A program made the position numbers and the translations under genes. A DNA stretch of 62,929 bases, filler included, from Choristocarpus tenellus KU-1152 (lineage: Eukaryota; Protista; Phaeophyceae), in assembly GCA_964200185.2 (NCBI GenBank). It is 8 parts of 8 records of this genome, joined end to end, with 100 filler letters (N's around TTAATTAATTAA, not from the genome) between each part and the next. Parts side by side here need not be neighbours in the genome. Positions count along the whole stretch, not along the records: positions 51,088 to 55,232 come from CAXNAD020015996.1; positions 55,333 to 62,929 come from CAXNAD020005904.1; 6 more parts are not named here. The stretch is one strand, 5' to 3'. Below are positions 51,443-62,929 of the stretch, one piece after another; within the stretch, counting starts at the first letter, position 1; the number at the start of each line of letters is the position of its first letter. The notes beneath the pieces were generated by a model, which searched no databases, had not been told where the DNA came from, and saw nothing but the letters and a program-made list of their open reading frames with translations.

Positions 51443-54026
51443 CTGCAAGATATCACTGCACAAGTTCCTCTTCTGTTCCGCCGAGGCCACCACCAAGTAG
51501 TTCAGGAGTTCCGTCACCAAGGACCGGGCGTTAGACTTTTTCACCAGGTGAAAGATGAGCTCCACAGCCCTTGTTCGGATGGAAGGGTCAGGGTCCTGCC
51601 AATCCATTAGGGTGAGAGGGGACGACGGGGACGACGGGGGGGATGGGAGGCATGCTAAGAGGTGAGAGGAGGTGAGAGGAGTGGGTATTATCAGGACAAC
51701 TCTTGCCCTGCACCAGAGCAAAGCATCTACATTCTTGTTAACTCAAGCCCTATCTCCCATTCCAGCCTTCATCGACAATTGCCCTGTAACCTGCAGTTCA
51801 GGTGTTACCACATTTTCTTTTTTACACCACATTTTTTTTTTTCAAGTATTAGAATGTTAAGCGTAGATCAATAGCTGCTGGACTGTGAAGCAAAGGGCGT
51901 TGCTCACCTAGTTCATTTTTTTAATCACCCGACTGACGGTAGGTACGTCAGACAGATTCTTGAATAATAAATATAAAAATTTTTTAAAAAATCATTATTT
52001 TTTTTAACAGTCATTTTTAGAATCAACTAACGGGTTCACTAGCACTTTTCACGTCAATATATAATAAAAAAATAAAAAAAGCGATAAACTTCACCCCGGC
52101 ACGTAAGCTCTCTAAAGAGCAACAACAACGCTCCTTTCCCCCTAACCCTTAACTCTACGTCGAAGTGCTATCCCTAACCCTAGAAGCACGTATGCGGTCA
52201 TCACACACACCTTGAGACACTTGACAATGGTAGCAGTATGCCGTTGGACAATGGTAGCGTTGGTAGAGACTATCCTCCCAAGGGTAGTCAAAGCCACATA
52301 CCTCATGTTATTATCACGATGTAAAAGAAACCTTCATAAAACAATACAGACAGACAGACAGACAGGCAGGCAGACACAGAAAGGCAGACATAAAGACACA
52401 GGCAGACGCACAGAGACAAGGAGACAGACACACATGTTGTCTTGAGGAAAGGTCAAACCAGCCGGGGTTAGTTGGGACAGGGGAGGGGTACCAAAATCGA
52501 AGGGCAAACAGAAAATGTGAAATTTTCTAGTGACATTTTCTAGTGAAATTTTTTAGTGACATTTTCTAGTGACATTTCCTCAAGTGTATTACTTGTCCAA
52601 TCTGATCCATCCATCCATCCATCCATCCACCCGTCCATGTAACTTCCCAGTCTGTTAATACAACAACATACCAGATTCCTCAATTGACACATGCATTCCT
52701 CTTACTGACACATACTTTCCTCTATTGATACATACATTCCTCTACTGACACATACATCCCTCTTGCATTAGGAGAACAGCAGTATCTATGCCGCACTACC
52801 AGTCTGCTTGAATTTGTACTGTTTAATGCATCCCAAGTTGTCTTACAGTTACAGTTACAGTTACAGCAACAACAAATCAATCGTTGCCTAAGCAAAAAAT
52901 AAATCTCTCTAGCTGTTCTAGTACCGGAATTTTTGTATCGAACCAGCCTGTGTACCATTCGGGAAGGGTTAGGGTTAGGGTGTCATATAGCAGGAAACAA
53001 TCCCAAGAAGCGGAGAGAAGAAACCCTAACCTAATGCCAACGACATCGTTGTGTGCGGGAGGGGAAGAGGGGATACAACACAGCAAAACAACAAACCAAC
53101 CTAACTTTTGACCTGGTTGATAGGAGGAGTATTGACACTCAATACAAGAACTAAAATACACTCGAGTCCGACAAAACTCAACGCAAGAACTAGCCCTAAC
53201 CCTAGCCCCTCTCTTGCTCCTTTCCTAACCCTAACCCTAACCCAAGAACTAGCCCCTCTCTTGCTCCTCTCCTAACCCTAACCCTAGCCCTAACTGTAAC
53301 ACTACAGATGTTGTAACAACAGCATTAATAAAAAAAAGCACGGGTACTGTATCCTCTTCTGACAACGCTAGAACATCGAACGTTGGTTAGGGTTAGGGTT
53401 TTGAAGGTTTAGGGTTGTTGCTATTCATTTAGTCCATGGTACGGCGGCATCACTATGCATCACATGTACCCCTATGAGAAGTCAACTAAATAAATACCTT
53501 CCACAACAACAACAACTATAAAAAAAATAAAAAACATTCAAGGCTATACATTATTCCTTAGCGAGCAGTATGTATGGGCACCAATATACCCAAACGAATC
53601 ATGAACGATATCCGTCAAATTGAACGTAATGCTTTTTTTTTTTTTTTTGTTAAAAACCAATAAATAAATATATAAAAAAAACAATGAGACAGATCAAACC
53701 ACATCAAAAATCCGACTGACTCCTTCAGCTTACACCTAAAAATGATTACAGATTTTAAAGATTTTCCCTTCAGTCTGCATTGGGTCACGTTGTCACTACC
53801 ACCATCAATATCACACTACCGCCCAACGAAATGAAGCAATGGTTAGTCGACAGCCGATCACAAGCAAAATACCTCACACCCTTTGCAGGGCAACCCATAT
53901 ATAACCTCACACACACAGATACACACACACACACACCACTCCAACCACCACAAATTTCTCAACTCATCAATTACATAAAATATAATAAAATAAATAAAAC
54001 ACAACTTTCCGGATTAATCCACGCAC

Positions 54027-54096
<70 letters not shown>

Positions 54097-54543
54097 CCCC
54101 TNNNNNNNNNCCACAAATTTCACAACTCAAAAAATAAATAAAAAAAAAAAAAAAAAATAAAACACAACTTTCCGGATTAACCCACGCACACCCCCCCCCC
54201 CCCCCTTCCCTCCCCCCAACCTGAGCAAGAAAAAGAAAAAGAAATCCCAAAAAAACAAACACCGACACACAATACAAAACCAACCCTAACCCTAACCCTA
54301 ACCCTAAGGCCAACGCGGACACGCAAACAATCCCCCAAGTTAGCCAAGCCCACCTCTCCCCTTAGCATCGTTCCCCTGTCCACCCTCTGTGTACATCCAC
54401 CCTCTCCCTGTAATGTACCTTCCGAGAATGCTGACTGCCATGAGCTTGAGGCTGTTTTCGCTGTCCAGTCTCATGATGGTCCGGACGCACTCATAGAGAA
54501 TAGAATTTCCAGCGTTCTTTGCGGTGTCCGTTGTTGTCGCCAC
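51443..54543 (-). CDS. AP1G1: AP-1 complex gamma adaptin, three internal exons (partial)
   Basis: Exons 54419-54543, 52211-52331 and 51443-51595 splice in phase to [68 protein letters not shown], the canonical gamma-adaptin sequence. Confidence 0.93.
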
Positions 54544-54844
54544 CTGTAAAATAATAAAAAAGAAAAAACATATGAAAAAAACGTACAGAATATACAACCC
54601 CCCCCCACCCTACCATTTGCTCCCCTTTTTACCTTTGTAGTCCATTTGCCCATCTGCCAAAATCACCTACCCATCCTGAACCAATACCACCGCCCTCACA
54701 GGACTGAGGACGAAAAGTCAGGGGGAGGAACGGATACAGATTGCACCTCATTGACAACAATATCTGTGGATGGCATGAACCCCTCGTTTGTCCGAGAGGA
54801 TCCCCAAGGGAGTGGGTCTTGGGAAGGAGAAGCTGACAGGTGAT

Positions 54845-55103
54845 GAGTCAAAACAAAGTAAATGAGGGGTACCCATAGTTGCATTCTTAGGATCCCTGAC
54901 AAATATGTGGAAAATTCAAGTCTATTTTTTACAAATGCGTAGAGGATTTTTTTGGGATATTTTCCGAATTGAAATCGACCCTATCAAGTCAAAAATAATA
55001 AAAGCTTCATCCACGGAAATATAGGTGAATTGCAAAAGATTGAAAAACTGGCTTAGGATGTAAAACGGCTTAGAAACTGGGTACCTCTCTCTTACTTTGA
55101 CCC
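54845..55103. mobile_element. MITE family D copy, TSD TGAT
   Basis: GAGTCAAA...GGGGTACCC / GGGTACCTCTCTCTTACTTTGACCC flanked by TGAT on both sides. Confidence 0.85.
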
Positions 55104-55172
55104 TGATGTGAAAGACCAGTCCACTGAAACTGGCCGCACAGTACGTATATGGATATACTACTTGCGCAATCA

Positions 55173-55232
55173 GAGCCAAAGTATCTTAGAGGGTAGAGCC
55201 ACGTCCATTTGGGGACCAAAGTCCAATGTTGA
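55173..55232. mobile_element. MITE family A end, truncated by contig break
   Basis: GAGCCAAAGTATCTTAGAGGGTAGAGCCACGTCC. Confidence 0.88.
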
Positions 55233-55863
55233 NNNNNNNNNNNNNNNNNNNNNNNNNNNNNNNNNNNNNNNNNNNNTTAATTAATTAANNNNNNNNNNNN
55301 NNNNNNNNNNNNNNNNNNNNNNNNNNNNNNNNTTGTTTGGTTGGGGGGGGGGGGGGGGGGGGGTTCGGCGTCCGTTTTTCACCCTTTTTTCGATTTTCAC
55401 TTTTTTGGTGTGATTTGGCGCCACAGGGCACTGCTTGCTGTTATGCACATGTTAGGTAGTGTGCAGTACACTGTTGCATCCCCCCTCTGCGACAGAGAGA
55501 GAGAGGCACTACTGATATGCAGGTGGTGGCGGCGGTTTAGTTCCCTACTGTTTTTTTTGTTTTGTTTTGCGCAGGAGTGGAGGTCTCTCATCTCGTGCGT
55601 TTGTGAAATTATTCTCTGAATCGTGTAGATGTGACAGATCTTTTTTTTTTAGTGCAGGGCGTGAGGGAGGGAGGGGGAGGGTCTGTTTGGGGACAGTGGC
55701 TCTAGTCCACAGGGTGGTGGTTGGATCGTTCTGTTCGAAAGGTTTGAATCTTCCTACTCCGCTGCGGGTGAGGTGTGACCCATGCGTACATTCCTCTACT
55801 CCTTTTCCCTATCCCTATCCCCCCAATATATATATATTATATATTTTTATTTTTTGCAAGCAG

Positions 55864-58088
55864 GTGTACATCTATGGATGCATCGGTGCTACGATTGACA
55901 TCAAGGGCAAGTGCAAGGGGGTGTCTGTTGATGGGTGCAAGAAGACTAAGGTACATGGAAGGCGTGGTACTTCAGAGTTGTTCCGATTGTGTGAATTAAG
56001 GTTTAGGGTTAGGGTTAGACGTGACTTGCAGGGTGTACCGAGCACCATCTTCTAGTACTCTGGAAGTTTTTGGTCTTGAGTGATGCCAGTATTTCTATGT
56101 TCATACCAGGGTTAGGGTTAGGGTTAATGTTGGTACCACCTTCTAGTACTCTGGAAGTATTTAGTCTTGAGTAATGCCAGTATTTCTATGTTCATACCAG
56201 GGTTAGGGTTAATATTGGTACCACCTTCTAGTACTCTGGAAGTTTTTGGTCTTGAGTGATGCCAGTATTTCTATGTTCATACCAGGGTTAGGGTTAGGGT
56301 TAATGTTGATACCACCTTCTAGTTCTTCTGAAGTATTTAGTCTTGAGTGATGCCAGTATATCTATGTTCCTCCCAGGGTTAGGGTTGGGGTTGGGGCCAA
56401 TTGATGCATCCTGTTAGTGGAGTGATGCAAGTAGGTTCTATTCTATCGGTGGCTGGTGCTTCTTTTTTTTTATGCCTGATCTTTCCCTCCCGCCACCTCA
56501 TCTCCTTTTGTATTTGATTGCATTCTGTCAACCCAGGGTAGAAAGTTGTGATTCAAGTGTGTGAGGTTTGTTCATCCCTGCCGCCTTTACTGCTTTGATC
56601 TAACAGTGCACAGTTGTGTTCCCCTAGTATATTTCAACATAACAGTACCTCTTCCCCTTTCATATGTATGTGTTTGTATTTGTGCATTCATGCATGTGTG
56701 TGTGTGTGTGTGGATTTTTGATTGATGAGCTCACAAAGCACCCTGCTTAGATACTTGGAAGGACAGAAAACGCCTGTCATGGCATGTAGGGTAATAGGAA
56801 GGCGTGTTGTGTTTGATGGAGGGGTACTAACTACTCCTTACTGTGGTTTCTCGCTTCTTTTTTCTTTTTTACTTCAGAACACAAATCGGGTTAGGGTCAG
56901 GGTGTTGTTTTGATTTTTTTTTAATCCGATGCAAGCTTTTTTCTTTCTTTTTCTTGACGGGGTGTAGCTCAACCCAAGGTACGCGCTTCAGTTTCCAGTT
57001 AGGGTTAGGGTGTAATAAATAATCTAACCGTAAAACCCTTACGTCTGTGTGTGTGTGTGTGTTTGTGCTTGTTGGTGTTTTTATTTTGTATATTTTCCTC
57101 GACTTGTTAAATGTGACATAGTGTCTCAGGTAGTATTCTCGTTTGGTGTGACTCCCCAAATGCTATGCCCTTAGTACTGTTGTTAAGGTGAGGGTTAGCC
57201 TGTAGTGCTGTCACTGTTCCCATTCATCTATGCACACTACTAGAGCGCACACAAACCTTGGTGCATCCCGTCCTAATGTTGCACTCCCTCTTACTTGCAT
57301 CAGGTGCTCCTGGATGATGCCATCTCCTTGGTGGAGCTGGTCAACTGCCAACGGATGCAGGTTCAAGTTCGAGGCTCGGTGCCTTCCATTACTGTGGACA
57401 AGACAGACGGTTTCCTATGCTACCTGGGCAAGGATGGCCTATCTACCACCTTCACTACCTCCAAGGTGCGGGGGGGGGTATCAAAAGTGCCCGAATTACG
57501 GAGGGGGCTGGGGAGGGAGGGTGGAAGGTTACTTGAAATTTGTAATATTGTGTTGGGTGGTCGGTTGTGGCAGCCCCTATTCCGTTGTCCTATACATTTT
57601 GTCAAAAATAAGACAAAAATGCATGTTCCTGGTCTCACAAATATTGGTGTCACTGTTGTAAAATCGTATTATTATTGTTTACTTTTTTGTTTTTTTGTTT
57701 TTAAATTTTTGTTCTGTCCATAACTTTGTCCACTTTGTTCTGACCATAAAACCCTACCTGCCTTTGTGGACATGGATTGGGATCTATCTACTTCAGAACA
57801 TCGTTTGTGCAACCTCTAATCCTTTCCCCCTCACCTATCCCTCTATTTTTTTGTGTGTGTGGGGGGGGGGGGTGTTTTTTGTGTAATGGGTGGAAATGTT
57901 CAAAACATTTATTTTTCTAAACTGGAAAAATCCTGGTGCAGTCTTCCGAGATGAACGTGGCCTTTCCCAAGCCGGGTACAGAGGATGAACAGATGGAGAT
58001 TCCGATTCCGGAGCAGTTTGTCCACAAGTTGAAGATGGAACCAGAGCCTAAGGTCACGTCCGATGTGTCTGATCTGTACTCTCATTAA
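55864..58088 (+). CDS. CAP: Adenylyl cyclase-associated protein (CAP/Srv2), C-terminal CARP-domain exons
   Basis: Exons 55864-55950, 57304-57465 and 57942-58088 (all phase 0): VYIYGC..IDIKGKCKGVSVDGCKKT..VELVNC..VPSITVDKTDG..TTSKSSEMNV..EIPIPEQF..stop. Confidence 0.93.
56044..56395. repeat. Intronic minisatellite, ~4 x 85-91 bp, each unit containing GGGTTA repeats
   Basis: Unit ACCACCTTCTAGTACTCTGGAAGT..GATGCCAGTATTTCTATGTTCATACCA(GGGTTA)2-3. Confidence 0.92.
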
Positions 58089-59652
58089 AATGCGTGTATG
58101 TATATCTATCTATCAAAACAAAGCTGAAGTATCATAAGAAATGTTTTGAGGGGGAGGGCATGAGAGGAGGTCAGGGTGAGGTTGTTAGGTTCACCTCACA
58201 GTGCTTCAGTTGTACTAGTTTATGGTATTTTTGGTCAATGGAAGTAGTGTATCCTTGGAGAGAGAGTGTGTGGGACGCCATCCCCTGCGGGTAGTTAATC
58301 TGGTGCCAAAGGGATACAGAGGATAGTTCATTCAGAGCTATTCTGCTCTTGAGGGATGATTCATATCGCAGAACAAGATGATGTAGAATGTAACAAGATG
58401 ATAAATGCTTTTGACACAAGGGGCAGCGGTGTAGATGTTGATCTTTTCCTTTTTTTAATTCTTTCCCTCATTTCGAGTTTTTGTAACACCTGGTACGGCT
58501 TGTCTGCGGTGCGCCTTGGTGATGTTGCTCAGGCTGAAGGGTGTGGTTGAGCTTGTAATGCTGACTCTCTCTCTCTCTCTCTCTCTCTCTTTCGATTTGG
58601 TCTTCTTTGTGTTCCGAAAATCTCTCGAATTCAATTCCGTTTGTGCTGCGTGTATGTGTGTGTGTGTGTGTGTGCGTCGTGGTCATCACCACGAATGTTT
58701 CTCCATAGCAGAAGGTGAGAAGCTTTGTTTGTGCCTGTCCATTCTACTTATCAGGTCAACTTTCACTGATGGCAGATGACACCTGGATGAAGTGCCAATC
58801 CAGATATTATTTTTCTACCATAAAGCTTCTTCGTATGTAACTACATGCCAACTGAAGCCGTCTAATACTGAATGTGATTAATGCGATGATTGTGCGTGCG
58901 CATTCATGTCTTCCTTCATGTCTTCCGTGGTGCTGTTGGGATCGTGGGAAAATCTTCTCCATTAGATTGCGCATGTGTCCATTATCCTTCTTTTTTTTAA
59001 ATGTCCGATACCCTCCTCTATTCAATCTGCTTGGTTTTGGAAAGCACTGCGAACACACTTTGCACTTTCCTCTGTGTGCTCTATTATTGTTCCAAATGCT
59101 TACCTCTACTTCCTGCCCCTGGTTCTCTCCACAGACGGATACAACGGCTACATTGGAAGCATTGAATTATACTTCTAAGTAAACATCTTTGCATTTTCTA
59201 GTCATACCATATTGTTCATGCCTTGCTATACCTATCCGATGCACCCAAGCATCTTAAACTGTCAAAGTGCAGGGGTAGTGCTCCTTCATAATGCTACCGA
59301 GAGCGCCCTGGACATGCTCACCTCTTCCTCCTATCCCTGCTTCCCTGCACAGGGACAGAAAAGATAGCTAACTACAAATTATCCATAAATCTTCTACTCA
59401 TGCCCTACCAATGTTCTTCATGCAATGCTACAAGTTGTCTTTGTAACCCATACTACCAGAGCGGAGGGGTACCACCTCTCCTTCAACATGCTACCAAAAT
59501 GTATCATATTACTTTGCCACCAGTACGCTCCCAATTACGCGAAATATGCAACGAAACGTTTAGCGTTGCCACACAAACAAAGTGTACGACATTGGAGGTA
59601 AAACGTAGCTCCCACATCCGAACCTTGGCGCATCAAAGGCTTTGTTTGTTAG

Positions 59653-59898
59653 GAGTGGAAGTATCATAGAGGGTACGAGTTTTGCCCTGTTTGTCCATTT
59701 GGGGCTTGATTTCCCTTGGGGTTTTTATGACATGTTTCGGAGTAGTAGGTAAAATGTGTACGTTATGAAGAACGTGTGTTCGGAACAAGGATATTGGCAC
59801 TTCCTAACAAACATGATAGCCAAAATTACATCGAAATAGCAACATTGGATTTTGGCCCCTAAATGGACGTGGCTCTACCCTATAAGATACTTTGGCTC
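59653..59898. mobile_element. MITE family A copy
   Basis: GAGTGGAAGTATCATAGAGGGTA...TACCCTATAAGATACTTTGGCTC; TSD not evident. Confidence 0.9.
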
Positions 59899-60548
59899 TC
59901 TCCATAAATTCTATTGCTATACACCCTGACATCATGGCCTGTTTGCATCACCTCTTCTTGCTCACCAAACTATCCACGAGAGGAAAACAATCTGACCCCC
60001 CTGTATCTCCTTCATGTACATCCATATCATGCATTATTTCTACACATTAATTTTTGCGTTCTTGTCAATGTGCACGTTCTCCACCTTGAAGATATTGTTG
60101 GAAAATTCCTGACGGTTTCACGTGTGTTCACATATTGCACAGTATTTCCGTATCTCCTTCCCGATCTCTCTTCCTACGTACATAACATACTATACGGATA
60201 TATTCTATCCTGTCTACACCACTACATTTGAGTCATACCAACTCACAGGTACACACTTCTTGGTCGTTTTTGCACTATACAGAGTACACCGTTTTTGACT
60301 CCAGTGCGCTGCATACTATATCAATGTTTTATGCGCACACTAGAAGCTCTGCGAAACGAAGATGTTACAGGAGAAGAGATAATGACAAAAAAAAAAAAAA
60401 AAAAAAACAAACAAAAAAACACAAAAAAAATATTGATAAAAAAAAACCCCTATTTGCTATTCTTTNNNNNNNNNNAACTCCAGTGCGATGAATAAAAATA
60501 AAATTTTTTATCCCCAAAAAAAAAACTATGAAAAACAAAAATGTCAAA

Positions 60549-60597
<49 letters not shown>

Positions 60598-61915
60598 CAC
60601 ACACACACTATTGAGCAAAGAAAGCCCCTATTTGCCATTCTTTGCGGGAATAATGAAATTTAACGACGTCGTCTGAGGATCCTTACAAACGTAATCATTT
60701 GTACCTCTTGGTTGGTATGATTATTTGCATGGTGCTACTTCGCCATTTACTCAATACAATGCGACAAGTCCATTCTCATTATTTGGTCACGAAATTCTGG
60801 AGTAACCAGTTTCTCCTCCTTCCCTCGTCTCGCACGCCTTCCATGCCAACATCATACCACCAACTTCTTTTTCCACAAGACCCTAATCATTTTTTCGAAC
60901 ATAATGCGGATAATCCGCGCATACAATCCCAAAGAGATGATCCAATTCTCCTATCTACTCTCCCAAACGATGCAGTCAATCCCTCTATGCCCTCCCAGAC
61001 CAATCCTCCCAAATCGTTCCACCTACATCCAAGACACTTCAGATCCACCCACAAAATCCCACCTTCACCTGAGCTTTGCCTCCCCCCCCACAACATCATC
61101 CCACTCAATTGTGAGCAGTCAAGAATGTTGGTGGGTGGGAAAGACTGTCGAAGTCTAATTTCAGTCTAGCTTCCTCCGGAAGTACTCCAAAACGTTGGCA
61201 CTATTTCTTCTCAGCCTACCTCACTCTACTCTACTGTTTTCCACATCACACATAACTCCTTTATCTTTTCTCAGCTCCAAATCCTTGCTTCAGTCCCTTT
61301 GACTTTCCCCTCCGTCATTTCCTACTCTCCTTTTCTCTATGGGAACATCGAATGATTTACTGATCCGCACTGCAAATTTCTCAGACTACTTCATAGTCTT
61401 GCACTCAAATAATTACAGATGTTGAATCTTGACCATGATATAATAAAAATATCTTGTAGACGACAATTCCCTTCCTAAATCTAGCACCTTCGTCTGATGT
61501 ATGTCCCCTGCCTTGGTCTCTTGCACTGAGGTGGGATAAAAATGTCAGACGCACACCTTTTCTCCTGGTGAGATTCTTCCTTATGCACAGTGCTAAGTTG
61601 TCAGCTGGTTCAATAAGATATCATCGGCATTTGACAGTATGGCTAACTGTGACAGGGTGTCTCAGAATATCTGTAAGGGCACACATCTATTCTAAATAAT
61701 TGTTGACTGACAAGATAGTGTGCATGACATTTATCTGAAGCGTTGACATACAAAAATCACCTGCAGTATAGAGTGCAAATAATTGGCTGCCTTCTGTCTT
61801 AGCAGGTTACTTCAGCAGGTACATAGGTATGCCCGTATACACCTCATGATCTCCTATGTACACCTTGCATACAGCCCTCTTTCGTAGGTAGGTATATGGT
61901 TGCAGTTTTGACTTG

Positions 61916-62178
61916 CAAACAAAGTATCTTAGAGAGTAGAGCCACGTCCGTTTGGGGGTCAAAATCCAATGTTGCGATTTTGATGAAATTTTGGCTATTG
62001 TGTCTGTTAGGAAGTGTCAATATCCCTGTTCCGAACACACCTTTTCATAACGTGTACATTTTCCCTACTCCGAAATGTTTCGGAGTAGGAAAACGTGATA
62101 AAAAAATCCGTGGGAAGCCAAGCCCCACCCAAATGGACAAACAGGGCAAAAGTCATACCCTCTAAGATACTTTCACTC
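61916..62178. mobile_element. MITE family A copy (reverse orientation)
   Basis: CAAAGTATCTTAGAGAGTA...TACCCTCTAAGATACTTTCACTC; left tip eroded. Confidence 0.9.
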
Positions 62179-62929
62179 GTAAGGAAGTGGAAAGTTTCTG
62201 GATGAGTTGGCTACGTACACGTACACTAACTCTAACTTGACGTGTCATGCGTTTTAAGCTGGAGACACCAGGGAGATGGGCAAGGATGGGCTTGTTAGAT
62301 TTTTCCTAGGTCCTCACTCTGGGGTGCAGAATTAAGTTAGGTTGGAGGCATAGAAGGGCAGCGGTACAGCATAGCTGGTAGTAAAATGGTAAATAGATGA
62401 CAGTAAAATGTCTTTCACATTTACGACAACTGTTGCTTTTTTAGGGGTAATGATATTTTAATGGCTTTCATTGTTTTTCCCCTGATACATCTGCAGAATG
62501 TCACAGAGCATAATAATATTTTTAAAAATGGCGATAATGGTAATGATACCAATAAATAATTATTATATTATTATGCCCTCTGACCTTTTCCAGATTTATC
62601 AGGGAAATGGTCGATTCAATAGATCGCAAGGACTCCTGTAAAAGCAACAGTTGTCGTAAATGTGAAAGATATCTCTTCATAATCTATTTTCTATTTGACT
62701 ACCTGCTATACTACACCACTCCCACAAAAGCTCGTAATTACAATGTAATTTATACACTGTTGCTATGCCTCCAACCTAGCTTAACCCTGCACAACTCGGC
62801 GAGGAGTTAGGGAATCATCCCTGGTGTCTTCAGCTTAGAACGCATGGCACGTCTTGAGAGAGCCACTGGCTCAGAGTATCTGGGAGGGGGTGGCGACTGT
62901 CTATTTGGGGTCAATTTTTTTATGTCGCG

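Noticed and set aside
53947-54205. Direct duplication around a 10-N gap (also 60298-60465 vs 60478-60643)
   Set aside because: Near-duplicate low-quality sequence on both sides of a gap indicates an unmerged assembly overlap

Overview
Eukaryotic, intron-rich, repeat-dense DNA, not prokaryotic. Interstitial TTAGGG repeats, GT-AG introns and the retroelement types suggest a stramenopile such as a brown alga, but the taxon is an inference. The window is eight contigs joined by seven artificial 100-nt linkers (N44-TTAATTAATTAA-N44), so adjacency across linkers is not proven, and most ORFs in the supplied track are spurious. Spliced host genes reconstructed by hand with phase-consistent GT-AG junctions: a complete histidine-phosphatase/PGM-family gene, an 11-exon NADPH oxidase/ferric reductase gene whose termini are unresolved, and partial PARG, ChaC, GT31 (C1GalT-like), AP-1 gamma adaptin and CAP genes. 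Mobile DNA: degraded Ty1/copia, Ty3/gypsy and DIRS/Ngaro-like retroelements, a solo LTR with a 5-bp TSD plus a sister 5' LTR with a PBS-like motif, and at least four related MITE families. The MITE families share a GR(G/C)Y(C/G)AAAGTA terminus and three of them show non-specific 4-bp TSDs (Sola-like); this group is the most coherent candidate for an undescribed system here.
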